From: Eledone cirrhosa
Taxonomy: Eukaryota
DNA: 64,000 bases
Assembly (NCBI GenBank): GCA_964016885.1
Contig: OZ024744.1
Span: forward strand, 47,802,001 to 47,866,000
Reading direction: 5' to 3'
Shown: piece after piece, positions 1 to 14,340 of the stretch
Layout of the letters: each line of letters begins with the position of its first letter
How positions within the stretch are numbered: the stretch's first letter is position 1
The notes under the pieces: generated by a model
Told to the model about the DNA's origin: nothing
The model's input: only the letters and a program-made list of their open reading frames with translations
The model's database searches: none
Made by a program: the position numbers and the translations under genes

Positions 1-280
1 CTATCAAGAACATAACACCAACAACATTAGACTATCAAGACCATAACACCAACCACATTAGACTATCAAGAACAGAATACCAACCACATTAGACTATCAA
101 GACCAGAACACCAACAACAAAAGACTATCAAGACCCGAACACCAACCACATTAGACTATCAAGAACAGAACACCAACCACATTAGACTATCAAGAACAGA
201 ACACCAACCACATTAGACTATCAAGAACAGAACACCAACCACATTAGACTATCAAGACCAGAACACCAACCACATCACAT

Positions 281-899
281 TAGCCTATCAAGAACAGAAC
301 ACCAACCACATTAGACTATCAAGACCAGAACACCAACCACATTAGACTATCAAGACAAGAACACCAACCACTTCACATTAGACTATCAAGACCAGAACAC
401 CAACCACATTAGACTATCAAGACCAGAACACCAACCACATCACATTAGAATATCAAGACCAGAACACCAACCACATCACATTAGACTATCAAGACCTGAA
501 CACCAACCACATCACATTAGACTATCAAGACCAGAACACCAACAACATCACATTAGACTATCAAGACCAGAACACCAACCACATTAGACTATCAAGAACA
601 GAACACCAACAACATTAGACTATCAGGACCATAACACCAACCACATTAGACTATCAAGAACAGAACACCAACCACATTAGACTATCAAGACCAGAACACC
701 AACAACATTAGACTATCAAGACCAGAACACCAACCACATTAGACTATCAAGGACAGAACACCAACCATATTAGACTATCAAGACCAGAACACCAACCACA
801 TTAGACTATCAAGAACAGAACACCAACCACATTAGACTATCAAGAACAGAACACCAACCACATTAGACTATCAAGACCAGAACACCAACCACATCACAT
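281..899 (+). repeat. Example copy of the 619-bp 19-mer HOR (13 S + 6 L, order SSLSLLLLSSSSSSSSSSL)
   Basis: The TAGCCTATC variant occurs at 281 and 900 (619 apart). Counting the units between them gives 13x31 + 6x36 = 619. The same spacing occurs at 10654/11273 and 49938/50557/51176, and for the GACCTG marker at 7142/7761. Confidence 0.92.
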
Positions 900-1189
900 T
901 AGCCTATCAAGAACAGAACACCAACCACATTAGACTATCAAGACCAGAACACCAACCACATTAGACTATCAAGAACAGAACACAAACCACATTAGACTAT
1001 CAAGACCAGAACACCAACCACATTAGACTATCAAGACCAGAACACCAAACACATTACACTATCAAGAACAGAACACCAACCACATTAGACTATCAAGAAC
1101 AGAACACCAACCACATTAGACTATCAAGAACAGAACACCAACCACATTAGACTATCAAGAACAGAACACCAACCACATTAGACTATCAA

Positions 1190-4100
1190 GACCATAACAC
1201 CAACCACATTAGACTATCAAGACCATAACACCAACCACATTAGACTATCAAGACCAGAACAACAACTAGATCACATTAGACTATCAAGACCAGAACATCA
1301 ACAATATCATTTTAGACTATCAAGACCAGAACACCAACAACATAACATTAGACTATCAAGACCAGAACACCAACCACATCACATTAGACTATCAAGACCA
1401 GAACACCAACCACATCACATTAGACTATCAAGACCAGAACACCAACCACATCACATTAGACTATCAAGACGTGAACACCAACCACATTAGACTATCAAGA
1501 CCAGAACACCAACCACATTAGACTATCAAGACCAGAACACCAACCACATTAGACTATCAAGACCAGAACACCAACCACATCACATTAGACTATCAAGACC
1601 AGAACACCAACCACATTAGATTTCAAGACCAGAACACCAACCACATTATACTATCAAGACCAGAACACCAACCACATCACATTAGAATATCAAGACCAGA
1701 ACACCAACCACATTAGACTATCAAGACCAGAACACCAACCACATCACATTAGACTATCAAGAACAGAACACCAACCACATCACATTAGACTATGAAGACC
1801 AGTACACCAACCACATCACATTAGACTATCAAGACCAGAACACCAACCACATCACATTAGACTATCAAGACGTGAACACCAACCACATTAGACTATCAAG
1901 ACCAGAACACCAACAACATTAGACTATCAAGACCAGAACACCAACCACATTAGACTATCAAGACCAGAACACCAACCACATCACATTAGACTATCAAGAC
2001 CAGAACACCAACAACATCACATTAGACTATCAAGACCATAACACCAACCATATTAGACTATCAAGGCCAGAACACCAACCACATCACATTAGACTATCAA
2101 GACCAGAACACCAACCACATTAGACTATCAAGACCAGAACACCAATCACATTAGACTATCAAGACCATAACACCAACCACATCACATTAGAATATCAAGA
2201 CCAGAACACCAACCACATTAGACTATCAAGACCAGAACACCAACCACATCACATTAGACTATCAAGACCAGAACACCAACCACATTAGACTATCAAGAAC
2301 AGAACACCAACCACATTAGACTATCAAGAAAAGAACACCAACCACATTAGACTATCAAGACCAGAACACCAACCACATCACATTAGACTATCAAGACCAG
2401 AACACTAACCACATTAGACTATCAAGACCAGAACACTAACAACATCACATAGTCTATCAAGACCAGAACACCAACAACATCACATTAGACTATAAAGACC
2501 AGAACACCAACAACATCACATTAGACTATCAAGACCAGAACACCACCCACATCACATTAGACTATCAAAACCAGAACACCAAACACATCACATAAGACTA
2601 TCAAGACCAGAACACCAACCACATTAGACTACCATGACCAGAACAACAACCACATCACATTAGACTATTAAGACCAGAACACCAACCACATCACATTAGA
2701 CTATCAAGACCAGAACACCAACCACATTAGACTATCAAGACCAGAACTCCAACCACATCACATTAGACTATCAAGACCATAACACCAACCACATTAGACT
2801 ATCAAGAACATAACACCAACCACATTAGACTATCAAGACCAGAACACCAACCACATTAGACTATCAAGACCAGAACACCAACCACATTAGACTATCAAGA
2901 CCAGAACACCAACCACATCACATAAGACTATCAAGACCAGAACATAAACCACATCACATTAGACTATCAAGACCAGAACACCAACCACATTAGACTATCA
3001 AGACCAGAACACCAACCACATCACATTAGACTATCAAGACCAGAACACCAACCACATCACATTAGACTATCAAGACCAGAACACCAACCACATCACATTA
3101 GACTATCAAGACCATAACACCAACCACATTAGACTATCAAGACCATAACACCAACCACATTAGACTATCAAGACCAGAACACCAACCACATTAGACTATC
3201 AAGACCAAAACACCAACCACATTAGACTATCAAGACCAGAACACCAACCACATCACATAAGACTATCAAGACCAGAACATAAACCACATCACATTAGACT
3301 ATCAAGACCAGAACACCAACCACATCACATTAGACTATCAAGACCAGAACACCAACCACATCACATTAGACCATCAAGACCAGAACACCAACCACATCAC
3401 ATTAGACTATCAAGACCAGAACACCAACCACATCACATTAGACTATCAAGACCAGAACACCAACCACATTAGACTATCAAGTCCAGAACACCAACCACAT
3501 TAGACTATCAAGACCAGAACACCAACCACATTAGACTATCAAGACCAGAACACCAACCACATCACATAAGACTATCAAGACCAGAACATAAACCACATCA
3601 CATTAGACTATCAAGACCAGAACACCAACCACATCACATTAGACTATCAAGACCAGAACACCAACCACATCACATTAGACTATCAAGACCAGAACACTAA
3701 CCACATTAGACTATCAAGACCAGAACACCAACCACATTAGACTATCAAGACCAGAACACCAACCACATTAGACTATCAAGACCAGAACACCAACCACATT
3801 AGACTATCAAGACCAGAAATCCAACCACATTAGACTATCAAGACCAGAACACCAACCACATCACATTAGACTATCAAGACCAGAACACCAACCACATTAG
3901 ACTATCAAGACCAGAACACCAACAATATCATTTTAGACTATCAAGACCAGAACACCAACCACATTAGACTATCAAGACCAGAACACCAACAACATTAGAC
4001 TATCAAGACCAGAACACCAACCACATCACATTAGACTATCAAGACCAGAACACCAACCACGTTAGACTATCAAGACCAGAACACCAACCACATCACATTT

Positions 4101-5260
4101 GACTATCAAGACCAGAACACCAACCACATCACATTAGACTATCAAGACCAGAACACAAACCACATCACATTAGACTATCAAGACCAGAACACCAACCACA
4201 TTACATTAGACTATCAAGACCAGAACACCAACCACATTAGACTATCAAGACCAGAACTCCAACCACATTAGACTATCAAGAGAAGAACACCAACCACATC
4301 ACATTAGACTATCAAGACCAGAACACCAACCACATTAGACTATCAAGACCAGAACTCCAACCACATTAGACTATCAAGACCAGAACACCAACAACATTAG
4401 ACTATCAACACCAGAACACCAACCACATTAGACTATCAAGACCAGAACTCCAACCACATTAGACTATCAAGACCAGAACACCAACCACATTAGACTATCA
4501 AGACCAGAACACCAACCACATCACATTTGACTATCAAGACCAGAACACCAACCACATCACATTAGACTATCAAGACCAGAAAACCAACCACATCACATTA
4601 GACTATCAAGACCAGAACACCAACCACATCACATTAGACTATCAAGACCAGAACACCAACCACATTAGACTATCAAGACCAGAACACCAACCACATCACA
4701 TTAGACTATCAAGACCAGAACACCAACCACATTATACTATCAAGACCAGAACACCAACCACATTAGACTATCAAGACCAGAACACCAACCACATCACATT
4801 AGACTATCAAGACCAGAACACCAACCACATTAGACTATCAAGACCAGAACACCAACCACATTAGACTATCAAGACCAGAACACCAACCACATTAGACTAT
4901 CAAGACCAGAACACCAACCACATCACATTAGACTATCAAGACCAGAACACCAACCACATTAGACTATCAAGACCAGAAGACCAACCACATTAGACTATCA
5001 AGACCAGAACACCAACCACATTAGACTATCAAGACCAGAACACCAACCACATCACATTAGACTATCAAGACCAGAACACCAACCACATTAGACTATCAAG
5101 ACCAGAACACCAACCACATCAGATAAGACTATCCTGACCAGAACACCAACCACATCACATTAGATTATCAAGACCAGAACACCAACCACATCACATTAGA
5201 CTGTCAAGACCAGAACACCAACCACATTAGACTATCATGACCAGAACACCAACCACATTA
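1190..5260 (+). repeat. Domain B, copy 1 (L-rich, few GAACAGAAC variants, no 619-bp HOR)
   Basis: Carries an ordered set of private markers: ACTAGATCAC 1265, AATATCATTTTAG ~1303, GACGTG 1468/1869, TAGATTTC ~1617, CATAGTC ~2448, ACTACCATG ~2628, CCACGTTAG ~4057 and GAGAAG ~4280. No TAGCC marker was seen. Confidence 0.85.
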
Positions 5261-8200
5261 GACTATCAAGACCATAACACCAACCACATCACATCAGACT
5301 ATCAAGAGCAGAACACCAACCACATTAGACTATCAAGACCAGAACACCAACCACATTAGACTATCAAGACCAGAACACCAACCAGATTAGACTATCAAGA
5401 CCAGAACACCAACCACATTAGACTATCAAGACCAGAACACCAACCACATTAGACTATCAAGACCAGAACACCAACCACATTAGACTATCAAGACCAGAAC
5501 ACCAACCACATTAGACTATCAAGACCAGAACACCAACCACATCACATAAGACTATCAAGACCAGAACATAAACCACATCACATTAGACTATCAAGACCAG
5601 AACACCAACCACATCACATTAGACTATCAAGACCAGAACACCAACCACATCACATTAGACTATCAAGACCTGAACACCAACCACATCACATTAGACTATC
5701 AAGACCAGAACACCAACAACATCACATTAGACTATCAAGACCAGAACACCAACCACATTAGACTATCAAGAACAGAACACCAACAACATTAGACTATCAA
5801 GACCATAACACCAACCACATTAGACTATCAAGAACAGAACACCAACCACATTAGACTATCAAGACCAGAACACCAACCACAATAGGCTATCAAGACCAGA
5901 ACACCAACCACATTAGACTATCAATAACAGAACACCAACCACATTAGACTATCAAGACAAGAACACCAACCACATTAGACTATCAAAACCAGAACACCAA
6001 CCACATCACATTAGACTATCAAGACCAGAACACCAACCACATTAGACTATCAAGACCAGAACACCAACCACATCACATTAGAATATCCAGACCAGAACAC
6101 CAACCATATCACATTAGACTATCAAGACCTGAACACCAACAACATCACATTAGACTATCAAGACCAGAACACCAACAACATCACATTAGACTATCAAGAC
6201 CAGAACACCAACCACATTAGACTATCAAGAACATAACACCAACAACATTAGACTATCAAGAACATAACACCAACCACATTAGACTATCAAGAACAGAACA
6301 CCAACCACATTAGACTATCAAGAACAGAATACCAACCACATTAGACTATCAAGACCAGAACACCAACAACATCACATTAGCCTATCAAGAACAGAACACC
6401 AACCACATTAGACTATCAAGACCAGAACACCAACCACATTAGACTATCAAGACCAGAACACCAACCACATCACATTAGACTATCAAGACCAGAACACCAA
6501 CCACATTAGACTATCAAGACCAGAACACCAACCACATCACATTAGAATATCAAGACCAGAACACCAATCACATCACATTAGACTATCAAGACCTGAACAC
6601 CAACCACATCACATTAGACTATCAACACCAGAACACCAACAACATCACATTAGACTATCAAGACCAGAACACCAACCACATTAGACTATCAAGAACATAA
6701 CACAAGCAACATTAGACTATCAAGACCATAACACCAACCACATTAGACTATCAAGAACAGAACACCAACCACATTAGACTATCAAGACCAGAACACCAAC
6801 AACAATAGACTATCAAGACCAGAACACCAACCACATTAGACTATCAAGAACAGAACACCAACCATATTAGACTATCAAGACCAGAACACCAACCACATTA
6901 GACTATCAAGAACAGAACACCAACCACATTAGACTATCAAGAACAGAACACCAACCACATTAGACTATCAAGACCAGAACAACAACCACATTAGACTATC
7001 AAGACCAGAACACCAACCACATCACATTAGACTATCAAGACCAGAACACCAACCACATTAGACTATCAAGACCAGAACACCAACCACATCACATTAGACT
7101 ATCAAGACCAGAACACCAACCACATCACATTAGACTATCAAGACCTGAACACCAACCTCATCACATTAGACTATCAAGACCAGAACACCAACAACATCAC
7201 ATTAGACTATCAAGACCAGAACACCAACCACATTAGACTATCAAGAACAGAACACCAACAACATTAGACTATCAAGACCATAACACCAACCACATTAGAC
7301 TATCAAGAACAGAACACCAACCACATTAGACTATCAAGACCAGAACACCAACAACAATAGACTATCAAGACCAGAACACCAACCACATTAGACTATCAAG
7401 AACAGAACACCAACCACATTAGACTATCAAGACCAGACCACCAACCACATTAGACTATCAAGAACAGAATACCAACCACATTAGACTATCAAGAACAGAA
7501 CACCAACCACATTAGACTATCAAGACCAGAACACCAACCACATCACATTAGCCTATCAAGAACAGAACACCAACCACATTAGACTATCAAGACCAGAACA
7601 CCAACCACATTAGACTATCAAAACCAGAACACCAACCACATCACATTAGACTATCAAGACCAGAACACCACCCACATTAGACTATCAAGACCAGAACACC
7701 AACCACATCACATTAGAATATCAAGACCAGAACACCAACCATATCACATTAGACTATCAAGACCTGAACACCAACCACATCACATTAGACTATCAAGAAC
7801 AGAACACCAACAACATTAGACTATCAAGACCATAACACCCACCACATTAGACTATCTAGAACAGAATACCAACCACATTAGACTATCAAGACCAGAACAC
7901 CAACAACAATAGACTATCAAGACCAGAACACCAACCACATTAGACTATCAAGAACAGAACACCAACCACATTAGACTATCAAGACCAGAACACCAACCAC
8001 ATTAGACTATCAAGAACAGAACACCAACCACACTAGACTATCAAGAACAGAACACCAACCACATTAGTCTATCAAGACCAGAACACCAACCACATCACAT
8101 TAGCCTATCAAGAACAGAACACCAACCACATTAGACTATCAAGACCAGAACACCAACCACATTAGACTATCAAGACCAGAACACCAACCACATCAGATTA

Positions 8201-11200
8201 GACTATCCTGACCAGAACACCAACCACATTAGACTATCAAGAACAGAACTCCAACCACATTACACTATCAAGACCAGAACACCAACCACATCACATTAGA
8301 CTATCAAGACCAGAACACCAACCACATCACATTAGACTATCAAGACCAGAACACCAACCACATTAGACTATCATGACCAGAACACCAACCACATTAGACT
8401 ATCAAGACCATAACACCAACCACATCACATCAGACTATCAAGAGCAGAACACCAACCACATTAGACTATCAAGACCAGAACACCAACCACATTAGACTAT
8501 CAAGACCAGAACACCAACCACATTAGACTATCAAGACCAGAACACCAACCACATTAGACTATCAAGACCAGAACACCAACCACATTAGACTATCAAGACC
8601 AGAACACCAACCACATTAGACTATCAAGACCAGAACACCAACTACATTAGACTATCAAGACCAGAACACCAACCACATTAGACTATCAAGACCAGAACAC
8701 CAACCACATCACATAAGACTATCAAGACCAGAACATAAACCACATCACATTAGACTATCAAGACCAGAACACCAACCACATCACATTAGACTATCAAGAC
8801 CAGAACACCAACCACATCACATTAGACTATCAAGACCTGAACACCAACCACATCACATTAGACTATCAAGACCAGAACACCAACAACATCACATTAGACT
8901 ATCAAGACCAGAACACCAACCACATTAGACTATCAAGAACAGAACACCAACAACATTAGACTATCAAGACCATAACACCAACCACATTAGACTATCAAGA
9001 ACAGAACACCAACCATATTAGACTATGAAGACCAGAACACCAACAACAATAGACTATCAAGACCAGAACACCAACCACATTAGACTATCAAGAACAGAAC
9101 ACCAACCACATTAGACTATCAAGACAAGAACACCAACCACATTAGAGTATCAAGAACAGAACACCAACCACATTAGACTATCAAGAACAGAACACCAACC
9201 ACATTAGACTATCAAGACCAGAACACCAACCACATCACATTAGCCTATCAAGAACAGAACACCAACCACATTAGACTATCAAGACCAGAACTCCAACCAC
9301 ATTAGACTATCAAAACCAGAACACCAACCACATCACATTAGACTATCAAGACCAGAACACCAACCACATTAGACTATCAAGACCAGAACACCAACCACAT
9401 CACATTAGAATATCCAGACCAGAACACCAACCATATCACATTAGACTATCAAGATCTGAACACCAACCACATCACATTAGAATATCAAGACCAGAACACC
9501 AACAACATCACATTAGACTATCAAGACCAGAACACCAACCACATTAGACTATCAAGAACATAACACCAACAACATTAGACTATCAAGACCAGAACACCAA
9601 CAACATTAGACTATCAAGACCAGAACACCAACCACATTAGACTATCAAGAACAGAACACCAACCACATTAGACTATCAAGAACAGAACACCAACCACATT
9701 AGACTATCAAGACCAGAACACCAACAACATCACATTAGCCTATCAAGAACAGAACACCAACCACATTAGACTATCAAGACCAGAACACCAACCACATTAG
9801 ACTATCAAGACCAGAACACCAACCACATCACATTAGACTATCAATACCAGAACACCAACCACATTAGACTATCAAGACCAGAACACCAACCACATCACAT
9901 TAGAATATCAAGACCAGAACACCAACCACATCACATTAGACTATCAGGACCTGAACACCAACCACATCACATTAGACTATCAACACCAGAACACCAACAA
10001 CATCACATTAGACTATCAAGACCAGAACACCAACCACATTAGACTATCAAGAACATAACACCAGCAACATTAGACTGTCAAGACCATAACACCAACCACA
10101 TTAGACTATCAAGAACAGAACACCAACCACATTAGACTATCAAGACCAGAACACCAACCACATTAGACTATCAAGACCAGAACACCAACCACATCACATT
10201 AGACTATCAAGACCAGAACACCAACCACATCACATTAGACTATCAAGACCTGAACACCAACCACATCACATTAGACTATCAAGACCAGAACACCAACAAC
10301 ATCACATTAGACTATCAAGACCAGAACACCAACCACATTAGACTATCAAGAACAGAACACCAACAACATTAGTCTATCAAGACCATAACACCAACCACAT
10401 TAGACTATCAAGAACAGAACACCAACCACATTAGACTATCAAGACCAGAACACCAACAACAATAGACTATCAAGACCAGAACACCAACCACATTAGAGTA
10501 TCAAGAACAGAACACCAACCACATTAGACTATCAAGACCAGAACACCAACCACATTAGACTATCAAGAACAGAAAACCAACCACATTAGACTATCAAGAA
10601 CAGAACACCAACCACATTAGACTATCAAGACCAGAACACCAACCACATCACATTAGCCTATCAAGAACAGAACACCAACCACATTAGACTATCAAGACCA
10701 GAACACCAACCACATTAGACTATCAAAACCAGAACACCAACCACATCACATTAGACTATCAAGACCAGAACAGCACCCACATTAGACTATCAAGACCAGA
10801 ACACCAACCACATCACATTAGAATATCAAGACCAGAACACCAACCATATCACATTAGACTATCAAGACCTGAACACCAACCACATCACATTAGACTATCA
10901 AGACCAGAACACCAACAACATCACATTAGACTATCAAGACCAGAACACCAACCACATTAGACTATCAAGAACATAACACCAACAACATTAGACTATCAAG
11001 ACCATAACACCAACCACATTAGACTATCAAGAACAGAATACCAACCACATTAGACTATCAAGACCAGAACACCAACAACAAAAGACTATCAAGACCAGAA
11101 CACCAACCACATTAGACTATCAAGAACAGAACACCAACCACATTAGACTATCAAGACCAGAACACCAACCACATTAGACTATCAAGAACAGAACACCAAC

Positions 11201-14200
11201 CACATTAGACTATCAAGAACAGAACACCAAACACATTAGACTATCAAGACCAGAACACCAACCACATCACATTAGCCTATCAAGAACAGAACACCAACCA
11301 CATTAGACTATCAAGACCAGAACACCAACCACATTAGACTATCAAGACAAGAACACCAACCACATCACATTAGACTATCAAGACCAGAACACCAACCACA
11401 TTAGACTATCAAGACCAGAACACCAACCACATCACATTAGAATATCAAAACCAGAACACCAACCACATCACATTAGACTATCAAAACCTGAACACCAACC
11501 ACATCACATTAGACTATCAAGACCAGAACACCAACAACATCACATTAGACTATCAAGACCAGAACACCAACCACATTAGACTATCAAGAACAGAACACCA
11601 ACAACATTAGACTATCAAGACCATAACACCAACCACATTAGACTATCAAGAACAGAACACCAACCACATTAGACTATCAAGACCAGAACACCAACAACAT
11701 TAGACTATCAAGACCAGAACACCAACCACATTAGACTATCAAGGACAGAACACCAACCATATTAGACTATCAAGACCAGAACACCAACCACATTAGACTA
11801 TCAAGAACAGAACACCAACCACATTAGACTATCAAGAACAGAACACCAACCACATTAGACTATCAAGACCAGAACACCAACAACAATAGACTATCAAGAC
11901 CAGAACACCAACCACATTAGACTATCAAGAACAGAACACCAACCATATTAGACTATCAAGACCAGAACACCAACCACATTAGACTATCAAGACCAGACCA
12001 CCAACCACATTAGACTATCAAGAACAGAATACCAACCACATTAGACTATCAAGAACAGAACACCAACCACATTAGACTATCAAGACCAGAACACCAACCA
12101 CATCACATTAGCCTATCAAGAACAGAACACCAACCACATTAGACTATCAAGACCAGAACACCAACCACATTAGACTATCAAAACCAGAACACCAACCACA
12201 TCACATTAGACTATCAAGACCAGAACACCACCCACATTAGACTATCAAGACCAGAACACCAACCACATCACATTAGAATATCAAGACCAGAACACCAACC
12301 ATATCACATTAGACTATCAAGACCTGAACACCAACCACATCACATTAGACTATCAAGACCAGAACACCAACAACATCACATTAGACTATCAAGACCAGAA
12401 CACAAACCACATTAGACTATCAAGAACATAACACCAACAACATTAGACTATCAAGACCATAACACCCACCACATTAGACTATCTAGAACAGAATACCAAC
12501 CACATTAGACTATCAAGACCAGAACACCAACAACAATAGACTATCAAGACCAGAACACCAACCACATTAGACTATCAAGAACAGAACACCAACCACATTA
12601 GACTATCAAGACCAGAACACCAACCACATTAGACTATCAAGAACAGAACACCAACCACACTAGACTATCAAGAACAGAACACCAACCACATTAGTCTATC
12701 AAGACCAGAACACCAACCACATCACATTAGCCTATCAAGAACAGAACACCAACCACATTAGACTATCAAGACCAGAACACCAACCACATTAGACTATCAA
12801 GACAAGAACACCAACCACATCACATTAGACTATCAAGACCAGAACACCAACCACATCAGATTAGACTATCCTGACCAGAACACCAACCACATTAGACTAT
12901 CAAGAACAGAACTCCAACCACATTACACTATCAAGACCAGAACACCAACCACATCACATTAGACTATCAAGACCAGAACACCAACCACATCACATTAGAC
13001 TATCAAGACCAGAACACCAACCACATTAGACTATCATGACCAGAACACCAACCACATTAGACTATCAAGACCATAACACCAACCACATCACATCAGACTA
13101 TCAAGAGCAGAACACCAACCACATTAGACTATCAAGACCAGAACACCAACCACATTAGACTATCAAGACCAGAACACCAACCACATTAGACTATCAAGAC
13201 CAGAACACCAACCACATTAGACTATCAAGACCATAACACCAACCACATCACATCAGACTATCAAGAGCAGAACACCAACCACATTAGACTATCAAGACCA
13301 GAACACCAACCACATTAGACTATCAAGACCAGAACACCAACCACATTAGACTATCAAGACCAGAACACCAACCACATTAGACTATCAAGACCAGAACACC
13401 AACCACATTAGACTATCAAGACCAGAACACCAACCACATTAGACTATCAAGACCAGAACACCAACCACATTAGACTATCAAGACCAGAACACCAACCACA
13501 TCACATAAGACTATCAAGACCAGAACATAAACCACATCACATTAGACTATCAAGACCAGAACACCAACCACATCACATTAGACTATCAAGACCAGAACAC
13601 CAACCACATCACATTAGACTATCAAGACCTGAACACCAACCACATCACATTAGACTATCAAGACCAGAACACCAACAACATCACATTAGACTATCAAGAC
13701 CAGAACACCAACCACATTAGACTATCAAGAACAGAACACCAACAACATTAGACTATCAAGACCATAACACCAACCACATTAGACTATCAAGAACAGAACA
13801 CCAACCACATTAGACTATCAAGACCAGAACACCAACCACAATAGGCTATCAAGACCAGAACACCAACCACATTAGACTATCAATAACAGAACACCAACCA
13901 CATTAGACTATCAAGACAAGAACACCAACCACATTAGACTATCAAAACCAGAACACCAACCACATCACATTAGACTATCAAGACCAGAACACCAACCACA
14001 TTAGACTATCAAGACCAGAACACCAACCACATCACATTAGAATATCCAGACCAGAACACCAACCATATCACATTAGACTATCAAGACCTGAACACCAACA
14101 ACATCACATTAGACTATCAAGACAAGAACACCAACAACATCACATTAGACTATCAAGACCAGAACACCAACCACATTAGACTATCAAGAACATAACACCA

Positions 14201-14340
14201 ACAACATTAGACTATCAAGAACATAACACCAACCACATTAGACTATCAAGAACAGAACACCAACCACATTAGACTATCAAGAACAGAATACCAACCACAT
14301 TAGACTATCAAGACCAGAACACCAACAACATCACATTAGC

